From: Vitrella brassicaformis CCMP3155
Lineage: Eukaryota; Protista; Chromerida
NCBI GenBank assembly: GCA_001179505.1
Contig: CDMY01000204.1
Coordinates: 103,761 to 167,760, forward strand
Direction of reading: 5' to 3'
DNA: 64,000 nt
The notes below the pieces were generated by a model. That model ran no database searches. It saw only the letters and a list, made by a program, of their open reading frames with translations, and was not told where the DNA came from. The translations under genes were made by a program, and so were the position numbers. Every line of letters begins with the position of its first letter. Position 1 is the stretch's first letter. Positions 27,409-38,274 of the stretch are shown one piece after another.

Positions 27409-30359
27409 CTAAGGGCCAGCGCCGAGGATCAGCGGGATGTCCAGATTGTCCGGCACCTGCAATTTAGCCATGCACACGTGTGATCACACATGCAGACACC
27501 CTGCGCTTTCATTGCCCCGTCGTCCGTTTCCCCCTGTACCACTTCGCTCTCCCAGATGTAGGTGAACTTGCCGACAGTGATAGAGTACAAGAACAGCCGA
27601 TCACCTGAATGAATGACGCCACAGACAGACAAACAGACAGAGGCGGTCACACAGGGAATCGCACACATTCTGCACAGATCAGCGACGCACCAGCATCATC
27701 TATGAAGTCAACTCCGAGACCAAAGTCCTCCGTCTCGACTTCGGCGGACCCCTGTGGGATACCGTCACCTCCCACACCAGCGCCAACTTGCACGTACGTC
27801 ACGCCCAACACACCGAAACCCACTTGAATGAACACCTCAGTCGATCGCGGGTCGGGGAAATCGCCTGAAGGGCAACAAAACATGCATACGGATGGAGAAT
27901 ACCACGAAATACCCATCCATTTTCGCACCATTAAGCACAAGCTGGTACCCGTCGGCCCAGTTACCTAGTACAGCACCAAACACAAACACGTAGACGTGAA
28001 ATAGGCCCTGGGGGCCGGGACAGGTATGTCCTTGTTTGTGTTTTACCCTGGAAATCGGTTTCCCTCTCGTCAAAGTCTCTGAGAACGGAGAACTGGTAGC
28101 CCAGCACGCCCGTACTAACGGCGTATTCGGTGTCATCGACATCGGTACCGACGGCCACGGCCACTGACTTGTAGCCCGCAAACACCTCCGTGGCAAGCTC
28201 CTCGTCGTCACCAACTGTGGGATCTTGCTGATCGTTGAAATCGTGCCTGTAAGCCACAACGGAACGCAGCGGAAAAGCAATGCACACATGCAGGGGGTGC
28301 GTGCGGTATTCTCTCGCAGTAGGCTTGGTGGTCGGGACAAGAGGGAGGGGGATAAGGAGTGGTGTAGTTCACCTGACGGCGACCTCAGTGTTCCTGACTT
28401 TGACTCTTTGACCGTAGTCGCGATCGAGGATATCCACATTGGTACCTGACTCGACACCACGGGCAACCACCTCGACGGCGGTCTGCCTGTCGTCCAAATC
28501 TTGATCAACCTATCACACAGAGGCAGGCAGGCAGGCAGGCAGACAGGGAGGGAGGGAGGGAGGCAGGCAGGAGGCAGGAAAGCAGGCAGATGAGGCGACT
28601 TGCATGTCTCTCTCCATGCTTTGCCATGCGTGTGTGTGCAAATGTCTGGCCGGTTGATATACTTACTCGCACACTGTACGCCCCGTACGAGACACCCACA
28701 CCGCCCTCGAGGTCGCTCTCATCGGTCGACACTGACACACCGAGCTTGCCCCAACCCGTGTTGACCGACGTCTCTCGGTCAGCAAAGCCGATACCGACGC
28801 CTGATGAGAGACGAAGAATAGACACCGATAGACAACGTGCTGTCCCGACGACCAGATGCAAGCAAGCTCACCCACGAAGCCAAAGTCGTTGCCGACCTGC
28901 ACGGCCGTGTCGCCACCGGCCTCAATATCTCTGCCCCACTGAGTAGTTGATCCACACAGAGAGGACACATGCGAGTGAGGCGGATGGATGGATGTATGGA
29001 TGATGGAAAGTCGAGAGCACCCACTGACCTGTACGGCCCAGTTGTCGTAGACGATTTCATTGGACACTTCGGTGATGATGGTCCCTTCCCTCAAGTTGAA
29101 CGGGTTCTGGGCAGTGACGCCAAGGGCAGTGGGCAGAGGGCCGAGCCCCTGTCCCTCGATCTCTGCCGCACCAGGCACCGCCACAGCAGCCTTGGCTTTG
29201 GCCGTCGCACGCTGAGAAGACCCAGTCCGTTGGTACTCGTCCCAAGCGTCTGTAGCAAACAGCCGCCTCCTTTTCTTGACGAAGTGACCGCTCCATTCGC
29301 ACTGCTCGTCCGTATTGGTGGTGTTGGGGAATGTAGCCATCATGCACTGGATTTTCATGCTGTCGTGGTCCTCGAACTTCATGGGCTTCACCGAAAAGAC
29401 GATGCGGCCAGGCGTCAGAGAGCGGACCCGGAAGTCAAGTACATCGTCTGTGGGGCAGCCGTTGACAATCAGGTGGTGGACGCACGATGGGTTGCTGTTG
29501 TAACCCTGTGGGCAGACAGCGTCACACAGCATGGGCCAAGGGTAGCGGGCGCTGCCGACGACCGTGCTCTCGAACACCATGACGCTGCAGCGCAGGAAGA
29601 ATGGGGAATGGAATGGAATGAAAAGAAATGATTGCTAAGCCCTTGCTTACTCGTCGTCGTTCGTAATAGAGACATTCAGGTCCGGTCCCGCGATGAGACC
29701 ACTGCTTAGCACGCGGCCCTGGGTGACTGGCCTGACATCCTTACCCAGCGGTTTCTTGCCGTCGAAAGCCCTGATTGCCTGCGTCTTGTGCTCCCACTGC
29801 GCTGTAGCCATGCACTCCCCGCTTGCTTTGTCACATGCACAAGTGACGATGGCGTTGTTCATGGCACCGTGGACGCGCATGTAGTTGGTGTGGTACACGT
29901 ACTTTTCCGTCTCGCTTGTCATCGTCGCGCACTGGCCATACTCTGTCGATGCGATCAGCGCCGACGCCTTACCGAAGAAACCCTCCACGTATATCGCCCG
30001 ACATTCTGCGTTAGCAGTGCTGTTGCGGAACCCTCCCCTCGGGTGCCCTTGCAGCACGGGATCGTCGTGTACGGGAATCGCTGCACAGGACACACAGGTC
30101 AGCATGATCCCTCTGTCACCTAATCCCGCGATTGTGGTTCACCCGCAGTCATTTTGGCGTCGCTACACCAAGCAACAGGTGGAATGTGTTTTGGGAAGCC
30201 AGTAGCGTTCAGCCACCGGACAGCTGAAGGTGCATTCTGGGAGCTCCTTGCGGATGAAGCAGTGAGGGTTGGCCGGGTCTTGCGGATTGCGAAGCTCCAT
30301 GATGACAGGGGAGCAAAGAGAAAGAAGAGAAGAAAAGAAGGGAAGAATACGCGCATCAT
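27409..30359 (-). CDS. Secreted protein with ZP (zona pellucida)-like module, polybasic furin-type site and Gly/Val/Asp-rich C-terminal region; 3' end approximate
   Basis: Signal peptide MMRVFFPSFLLFFLFAPLSSWS. ZP-N-like ECRAIYV...YGQCAT...YVYHTNYM...VTCAC. ZP-C-like MLCDAVCP...HLIVNGCPTD...FSVKPMKF...IQC...QC followed by KKRRR (29263-29277). Several further GT-AG-bounded exons follow. The gene is well supported; the ZP call is by motif recognition only. Confidence 0.65.
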
Positions 30360-30529
30360 TATGCGATGGAAGACGCGGTGGCCAGCAAATTTACAGGGGC
30401 ATGCGCCGTTGTGATGGTTAGGGTAAGATTGTCCACAAAATTACAGGCCCCTCCCTACCTGCCCATGCACATCCACCCACCCACTGCAATCAGCGAGCCC
30501 CTCGAGGGCCCTACCCGACAAGGTGCGGC

Positions 30530-30750
30530 GAAAAGCTGGATTTCCGGCCGGAAAGCTGAGAGGAGGCGGGGAAAGCTAGCTAAACCCGCGGGAGGCTAGC
30601 TGAGCCCGCGGAAAGCCAGCCAGCCAGCCGGAAAGCTGGATGTCCGGGCCGGAAAGCTGGCTTTCCGGGCCTCCCTGCCAGCTTTCCAGCCGGAAAGCTG
30701 GATGTCCAGCCGGAAAGCTGGCCTGTGTGCTCAGAGGGCGGAAAGCTGGC
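30530..30750. repeat. Array of about 10 GGAAAGCTGG-type motifs at about 20 bp spacing, one inverted
   Basis: Motifs at 30531, 30550, 30570, 30610, 30630, 30651, 30692, 30712 and 30740, with reverse copy CCAGCTTTCC at 30678. Confidence 0.9.
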
Positions 30751-30919
30751 CTTCTGCACTGCTGAAGGCTTTCCACGGACATACGAACTCTCTCCATGAA
30801 TCATTGACTGTCAGTGAATGAATGTCATGCATTGGCTCCAACGGTCCAACACACTCACACACACACGCAGAACCCATCAATGAATGAACGAATGAATGAA
30901 TGGATGAATGGATGGACGG

Positions 30920-31415
30920 ACGGCACCAACACTCAACCACACTGACATCTCACTGCACCCCCCACCCCCCACCCCCTGCAATCAACGAGGGTGGAAAGGC
31001 CCCCGCTCTAGCAACAGCCCCTCAGCAAAACCCTCCCTTTCCTGCCCATTCCACCTGCTTGCCCGCCACGCCCTGCTCCGCACCATGTGTGCGTTGCCCT
31101 TCTGCAGCAGCACGCTGCGTCGAGCCCGCCACCTGTCCGCCGCTGTCTCACGGAATAACTCCGCGTCGCCCTTCATATAGACATGCAGGTGGCCGTCGCC
31201 CTTCATATAGACAGGTGGCCGCACGTGCCGGGCCATGCGGTTGACAAGGGCAGCCGCCTCGTCCCCCCACCGCCCGTAGCTCTCCGCCGACAGTGGGACG
31301 ATGGTGAAGTTGCTTGCCCTGGCCTCTGTGCCGTATTTGCTGTGCTTCCTGTCGGCCGCATTGCGCAGCGCCATGCCGTCTTCTGCTCCGTCCAACGAGC
31401 TAGCGGTGGACTATA
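30920..31415 (-). mobile_element. 5'-truncated, degenerate CRE-like non-LTR retrotransposon (end of restriction-like endonuclease domain)
   Basis: ORF 31395-30982 reads AADRKHSKY...FTIVPLSAESYGRWGDEAAALVNRMA...RRSVLLQKGNA, matching the K..KY / P...E..G..G / R.S..LQ.GNA pattern at the end of CRE-clade RLE ORFs. IVH(P) lies just upstream, out of frame. It is followed by a (CATT/CATC)n tract at about 30880-30915. Confidence 0.7.
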
Positions 31416-31572
31416 AGCAGAGATCCGTCAAGCGCGGATTGGAAAAGCTGTACCTGAAATGGAGCGCAGTCGCCGCGTGACGATGCCAGCAACAAGAAGG
31501 ATTTGTACTTCCAGGCCAAGGACCGCACATTGCTGCTTGACCTCAAGCACATGCTCATGCAGCGAGACAAGG

Positions 31573-33006
31573 ATGAGCAAAGGTGAAGCGATAGGAGAGG
31601 GGCGAGACACCACCCTTGCTGTCCTTTGTATGTCCAAGGTACTCCGCCACCCTCTCAGTTTTTGATCCGAGTTTGTTATCCCTATCTACCTCTCGGCTTT
31701 GCATGCTGCGTACTGCGTGTGCGTGTCGCGTGTCCATGTCGCTGGCTGGTTGCTTATTGTGTTGACGACGAGACACATGCTAAGAGCATGGAGAAAACCA
31801 TGCACGAGGATTTCTACCTGACCTGAGGGACCCCCGAAACCGCTTCTACTGTTGAAGTGAGGGTGAGTGTTCTCAGTAGCGAGTTGCAGATCTGATCACC
31901 GTCACCAGTTGATAGCGTTCACAAAAAAAAAGAAAGAAAGAACTGGCGAGCCTCAAGTTGACCCCCCGCTTCGGGAGCAATTGGGAGGTTTTGCATTTCG
32001 AACGGCACCGGTCCGTTTGTCTGCGCCTCAGGAGGAAGTAGAGTTGTGCCCGCAAAAGGGGGGAAACAGACGAAGTGCGCGGGCGTTTGGGGGGAAAGTC
32101 AAACGTGCGTGAAGAAATAGCTCAGAGAAAGCATCCTGATGCAACGGTGCGCAGTGCGTGCGTTCCTCTGCACCGTTCGACCACAGTAGCCGACTGACGA
32201 GAGCAACAGAGTGCGTGAGAGGTAAAGAGAGGGGAGGCGGAGGAAGGTGGAATTCTCTCCGCTGGATGGGCGCCTTGTGTTCATCAGGTGTTGCCATGGA
32301 TGAGGACGAGCAGCGAGAGCTGGAGTGGCTGCGGTGGGAGCTTCAGGAGGTCGGAGAGGGCGGAGAACCACCAGCAGAAGAGGAGCAGCAACAACACGAG
32401 CCATGCTACCACAACAGCACAGCCAACAACACTGGCTACCCACAGCACCCTCTCCATCCCCCTCTGCCCCCGTCAGCACACCAGCAGCCTGCGTTCCCTC
32501 CGTTCCTGCCGCGTCACACGGCGCCGTGCTCAGCTCCAGGCGGTGAGAATGGTACCTTTCCCGTGTACTGCGCCCGCGACGCGCCAGGAGTGCCCATCGC
32601 TGCTCCTGTAGCTGCTCACGGCTTCGTCCCACCTCTGTCCAACCCCTTCGACCGTCGCGGAACAGAGGAGCGTGCGGAACAGAGGAGCGTGCGGAGCCCC
32701 CTGCCAAGCAGCGACGTCAGGCAAGCCGCGTTGCCGCGCTTCCACCCCTGAGGACCTTGGCCGATCACTCACCCATTGGCGGCACGGACACCACCGAGTC
32801 TGCGGCCTCCTCATCGGCAGCGGCGGTGGGCGGGGCTTCTCAGGCGCCTCGCTTCTTCTCAGCGCAGCTGAGCACCACCCAGACGACCGAGCAGATCCCC
32901 CATGTCGCTGTTCAGCCATCGGGTTTCTCTCTGTCGGCGATGCCCGCCGGGAGCGCAGTTGGTGCTGAGTCCGCAGCGGGCGTATCTGTCGCGATGGGAG
33001 ATGGGG
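31573..33006 (+). repeat. Repeat family copy 1 (runs into gap; 5' boundary unresolved, may extend to about 31415)
   Basis: Aligns with 33307-34746, with SNPs and indels. Confidence 0.95.
32296..32751 (+). CDS. Repeat-encoded ORF1 (acidic/Gln/Pro-rich, unknown function), copy 1
   Basis: MDEDEQRELEWLRWELQEVGE...LPRFHP*. The frame is kept in copy 2 despite a 3-nt indel. Confidence 0.4.
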   Translation: MDEDEQRELEWLRWELQEVGEGGEPPAEEEQQQHEPCYHNSTANNTGYPQHPLHPPLPPSAHQQPAFPPFLPRHTAPCSAPGGENGTFPVYCARDAPGVPIAAPVAAHGFVPPLSNPFDRRGTEERAEQRSVRSPLPSSDVRQAALPRFHP

Positions 33007-33306
33007 NNNNNNNNNNNNNNNNNNNNNNNNNNNNNNNNNNNNNNNNNNNNNNNNNNNNNNNNNNNNNNNNNNNNNNNNNNNNNNNNNNNNNNNNNNNNNN
33101 NNNNNNNNNNNNNNNNNNNNNNNNNNNNNNNNNNNNNNNNNNNNNNNNNNNNNNNNNNNNNNNNNNNNNNNNNNNNNNNNNNNNNNNNNNNNNNNNNNNN
33201 NNNNNNNNNNNNNNNNNNNNNNNNNNNNNNNNNNNNNNNNNNNNNNNNNNNNNNNNNNNNNNNNNNNNNNNNNNNNNNNNNNNNNNNNNNNNNNNNNNNN
33301 NNNNNN
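33007..33306. other. Assembly gap (300 N)
   Basis: Run of N. Confidence 1.
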
Positions 33307-35588
33307 ATGAGCAAAGGTGAAGCGATAGGAGAGGGGCGAGACACCACCCTTGCTGTCCTTTGTATGTCCAAGGTACTCCGCCACCCTCTCAGTTTTTGAT
33401 CCGAGTTTGTTATCCCTATCTACCTCTCGGCTTTGCATGCTGCGTACTGCGTGTGCGTGTCGCGTGTCCATGTCGCTGGCTGGTTGCTTATTGTGTTGAC
33501 GACGAGACACATGCTAAGAGCATGGAGAAAACCATGCACGAGGATTTCTACCTGACCTGAGGGACCCCCGAAACCGCTTCTACTGTTGAAGTGAGGGTGA
33601 GTGTTCTCAGTAGCGAGTTGCAGATCTGATCACCGTCACCAGTTGATAGCGTTCACAAAAAAAAAGAAAGAAAGAACTGGCGAGCCTCAAGTTGACCCCC
33701 CGCTTCGGGAGCAATTGGGAGGTTTTGCATTTCGAACGGCACCGGTCCGTTCTGTGTTCAGGAGGAAGTAGAGTTGTGCCCGCTAAAAGGGGAGAATCAG
33801 ACGTGCCGGCATTCCCGCATTGTGTGCGGGCGTTTGGGGGGAAAGTCAAACGTGCGTGAAGAAATAGCTCAGAGAAAGCATCCTGATGCAACGGTGCGCA
33901 GTGCGTGCGTTCCTCTGCACCGTTCGACCACAGTAGCCGACTGACGAGAGCAATAGACGTGCGTGCGTGAAATAAGGAGAGGGGAGGCGGAGGAAGGTGA
34001 ATCCCTCCGCCGGATGGGCGCCTTGTGTTCATCAGGTGTTGTCATGGATGAGGACGAGCAGCGAGAGCTGGAGTGGCTGCGGTGGGAGCTTCAGGAGGTC
34101 GGAGAGGACGGAGGACCACCAGCAGAGGAGCAGCAACAACACGAGCCAAGCTACCACAACAGCACACCCAACAACACTGGTTACCCACAGCACTTTCTCC
34201 ATCCCCCTCTGCCCCCGTCAGCACACCAGCAGCCTGCGTTCCCTCCGTTCCTGTCGCCTCACACGGCGCCGCGCTCACCCCCAGGCGGTGAGAATGGTAC
34301 CTTTCCCGTGTACTGCGCCCGCGACGCGCCAGGAGTGCCCATCGCTGCTCCTGTAGCTGCTCACGGCTTCGTCCCACCTCTGTCCAACCCCTTCGACCGT
34401 CGCGGAACAGAGGAGCGTGCGGAACAGAGGAGCGTGCGGAGCCCCCTGCCAAGCAGCGACGTCAGGCAAGCCGCGTTGCCGCGCTTCCACCCCTGAGGAC
34501 CTTGGCCGATCACTCACCCATTGGCGGCACGGACACCACTGAGTCTGCGGCCTCCTCATCGGCAGCGGCGGTGGGCGGGGCTTCTCAGGCGCCTCGCTTC
34601 TTCTCAGCGCAGCTGAGCACCACCCAGACGACCGAGCAGATCCCCCATGTCGCTGTTCAGCCATCGGGTTTCTCTCTGTCGGCGATGCCCGCCGGGAGCG
34701 CAGTTGGTGCTGAGTCCGCAGCGGGCGTATCTGTCGCGATGGGAGATGGGGAGGGCGGATTGGGCGTAGGGGGCGGCAGGGGGACATCGGGCAAGAGGAA
34801 GCGCGGATCGCCTGTTCCATCCCCTGTTCCATCTCTGCGCCTGCCGGAGTTGCGCGGGCCAGAAGCATCGTCGACGGGCTCGAGGGCGGGCGGCGTTCAC
34901 CAACCGATGACGGTGAGCGCGGTCTCGTTTCCCCGGGGGCCTGCGTTTCCCCGGTCGACTGCTCCGATTGGCTCGGGCTCTAGTTTGATCCTGCCGCCAT
35001 ACCCCGACTCGAAGAGCCTGATTCGTCGGCGGCCCGACCGCATTTCGCAGCCCCAGGGGCGTTCTGACGGCACGCGGGGAGGGCCGAGTGGACAGGGAGG
35101 GTCCGCGGCGCAGGAGAGAGGCCAGCCCTCAACAACACCCGGTGCGTTCAACCCGTTGTCTAACTTGTCCCACCCCCCCACGCCACAGCAGCCCCCTTCT
35201 GTGCCGTCGAGTCCGCCCGTGGCCATCGACATCGACGTGACAGAGAGCGGAGGCGGGCACTGGCTGTAGATTAGCGACCGCAGGGGTGGCTGGCTTGCAC
35301 TTGTCTGTTTGTTTGTCCTTCGGGAGGATGCATGTATGTGTACGGGAATGGCGTGAGGGTATTTATGATATGTATGCTCGGGTGCATTTTCTATTGACGA
35401 ATAGACGCACACCGTGCCCATCAGTGACTGAAATGGATGCTCCGTACGGCTGGGGTGTTTTTCGAATGAGTGACTCTACCTACTGAGTGTTTGTTGTGTG
35501 CATCTGCATGTTGTGTTGGACCAAGCTGGGCTACGGCTGTGGCAAAGACGTGACGTACCATCTCATTCAAAAGGAGCACAGTCATCAG
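33307..35588 (+). repeat. Repeat family copy 2 (>=2.3 kb)
   Basis: The 5' 1.44 kb matches copy 1. 34639-35588 matches 63062-64000 in inverted orientation. Confidence 0.95.
34044..35269 (+). CDS. Repeat-encoded ORF1 (34044-34496) and overlapping -1-frame ORF2 (open 34292-35269), unknown function
   Basis: ORF2 is Ser/Gly/Pro-rich with an NLS-like GKRKRGSP and ends IDIDVTESGGGHWL*. Its 3' part is also open in the inverted copy at 63370-64000. Confidence 0.4.
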
Positions 35589-36090
35589 TGTCTGTATTCT
35601 GGGTATCGCCAGACAGTGAGTGAATATAACCAATAGAGTTGACGGAGTTAACCAAAGTCGACATGCATACATACCACTTGCTCCCACATCTCGGACATCC
35701 TTTCTTAGTGTCTCCCAGTGGCATATAACTGATCGTGTTCTTGTGAAGAAGGGCGCCTTCGTTGTGACGGGAGGGACAGAGAATGCTGGCGTGGTTCACA
35801 GTATTGTCATCTGACCTCGAGGATGGATTTCCACTCTGCCTGTGTCTCAGTCGAGCACTCCACCCGTTTCACGGTGCCATTACGCGGGTACGCAAGGGTG
35901 AAATCGTTCAAGTGTTCTCGTTCGCTGGCGGACCTCTTGTGGCTCTGAACGGGCTCACTCGTAGTCTTGTGGTGTGGGTGTGTAGATTTGTTGCGGCAGG
36001 TGTTGAGGCAGGTGTGAGGAGGATGGGTCAGACCGGTAGAACACGCTGGACATAACGCTGCTGCGTCTGTGCTGCTGCAGATCTTCCGAG

Positions 36091-37799
36091 ATGACGGAGA
36101 AGGGGTTTCGGATAGTGACCGACAAGAATCTGGGTAACAACAGCGTCAGTCTTGGCCAGTCTGAGGTGTTTCTGATGGCTTCTGTGTTGCTCTGCTTGTC
36201 TAGGACAAGCGGAAGCTAGCGAGTTTCCTGTTGTCTGTGAGAGTTGTCTCGGCGACAACCCATACGTGCGAATGGTACGCCAGAGTCTCAAGTGAGGGAG
36301 AGGACGGGGAATGAACGCACTTCTCCGCCTACGCATGTGCAGATGAAGGGCGAGGCCGACAAGGAGTGCGAAGTGTGCCAGCGACCCTTCACGAGCTTCA
36401 GGTGGAAGCCTGGCGCCAAGGCGAGGTACAAGAAGACCATCGTATGCCAGACGTGTGCCAAGCTCAAGAATGTCTGCCAAGTTTGCCTCTTCGACCTTGA
36501 ATACGGTGCGTGCAAGAGAGAGAGAGAGGGAGGGAGGATATCAGACTATCAATCCCCCCCTCACTGTGCGGCACTCTGTCTGCCTGTGGGTGCAGGTTTG
36601 CCCGTCCAAGTACGTGACAAGTTCCTAGAGGACCAGCAGAAGGTGGAGCTGCCTGACTCGGGAGTCAACAGAGACTACTTCGCGAGCCAAATGGATCGCA
36701 TGGTGAGACGTAAAGAAGCGAGCTGCACATTGGTAGGACAGTTTCAGTCATGCTGTTGCGGCTTTTAGACTGAGCAAGATGCGTTGCCTTACGGCAAGGC
36801 GCCTCCTCACCCAGCCCTCCAGCGATTGGCAAGGCTAGAACCATATTACAAGGTGAGCACAGAGAGGCACTGCAGTGGTCCAATGCACCTTCCATCTTTT
36901 CCTGTGGATGCACAGAGAAACCGCGCTCGCGTGTGTTCATTTTGGTTGAAAGGAGAGTGCAACAGAGGCGATGAGTGCCCGTACAGGTGAGCAAGAAGCC
37001 GCTGGAGAAGCCCGTCCATGATTGTGGAGTTTTGTCGATTTTTGTCAGGCATTCGCAAGAGGAGGGTGATCCTGAGCTCCAGCACCAGAACATCAAGGAC
37101 AGATATCTGGGAGAGAACGATCCTGTGGCGAGGAAAATACTGAGAAACGCGGCGGAGTTCAACACCCTGGTATTTAACGGGATTTCTTGCCCTTCTAGAT
37201 TGTTAACTTTTTGTTGCATTTGTGTCTGGTCTGCAGACGCCGCCAGACGGTCAGGGTAGAGGTTTTTCCGCGTGTGATATCGAATCTGTCCCTTTCTCTT
37301 TCACAGATGGACGCATCACAACGCTCTTTGTTGCCGGTCTTGATGCGAGTGTCACGGAGAGTGACATCAGGGACGTGTTCTATCCTTTTGGAGAAATCAG
37401 ATCCATCAAGATGGTGCCCAGACAGGTAGGTCGGCGACCCAGAGATCGCAGGCTGATGGAACACTCACTCTTTCAACTCATGCAGCAAGCCGCATTCGTG
37501 ACCTACACCACCCGGAAGGCAGCAGAGGATGCCGCAGAGAAGCTGTTCAAGTCACTCACCATCGGGGTAGCCCATGCATTCCACTCTAAGAGGATATTCC
37601 ATTTGTACTGCCTGACCTGTCGCTGCAGGGTCGTCGCGCCAAGCTGATGTGGGGCAGGCAGTCATCATCTGATGCGACGGCTCCTGCTGCTCCTCCCGCT
37701 GGCTACCCGTCTATCCCGCAGCCTGGAATTGGACAAAGGCTGTATTATCCCTCAGCAGATCCTGCCACCTATGGTGGAAACGCCCCGATACAGCGCTAA
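36091..37799 (+). CDS. RBM22: Pre-mRNA splicing factor RBM22/Slt11
   Basis: [73 protein letters not shown]|[25 protein letters not shown] (CCCH), [36 protein letters not shown]. Confidence 0.97.
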
Positions 37800-38274
37800 G
37801 TGATGCGTTATTGTCTTTTTTCCTACGATGGTGGCCATGAACGAGAACTTGTGGCGTCTTCATGGATATGCGTGACTCTTCTTTTCCCGTACTCATGGTC
37901 GCTCATGGTTTTCGAAAAGGATTCCACATCACGGACTGTGAATCCGTTTTGAACAAGAAAATGAGCAAAGATGGTGTGCCGGGCTGCGGGAGCCAATCGT
38001 GTCGTAATGACATACGACAAGAAATCAAAGGACAGTGATCTTAGGTGTGTCCCGCACACCATGACATTGCTTGACGAGACACGAGACAGCATCACTGCTT
38101 CTACATAGGCGCGTGACGTTGTTGTGAAACAGAGGGTAATGGTCACTACATAGCGCGATGACGGGAGTGTCCACCACTCCCTCATGAATGTGTGCCGAGA
38201 CAAATCAGCAACTTACGATTCCAGTGACACAACAGCAATGACTGAAAGACAATTGAATAGACATAACTATGACA

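Noticed and set aside
34494-34496. TGA readthrough or selenocysteine at the end of repeat ORF1
   Set aside because: The same frame closes again about 40 codons later; the long downstream ORF is in a different frame.
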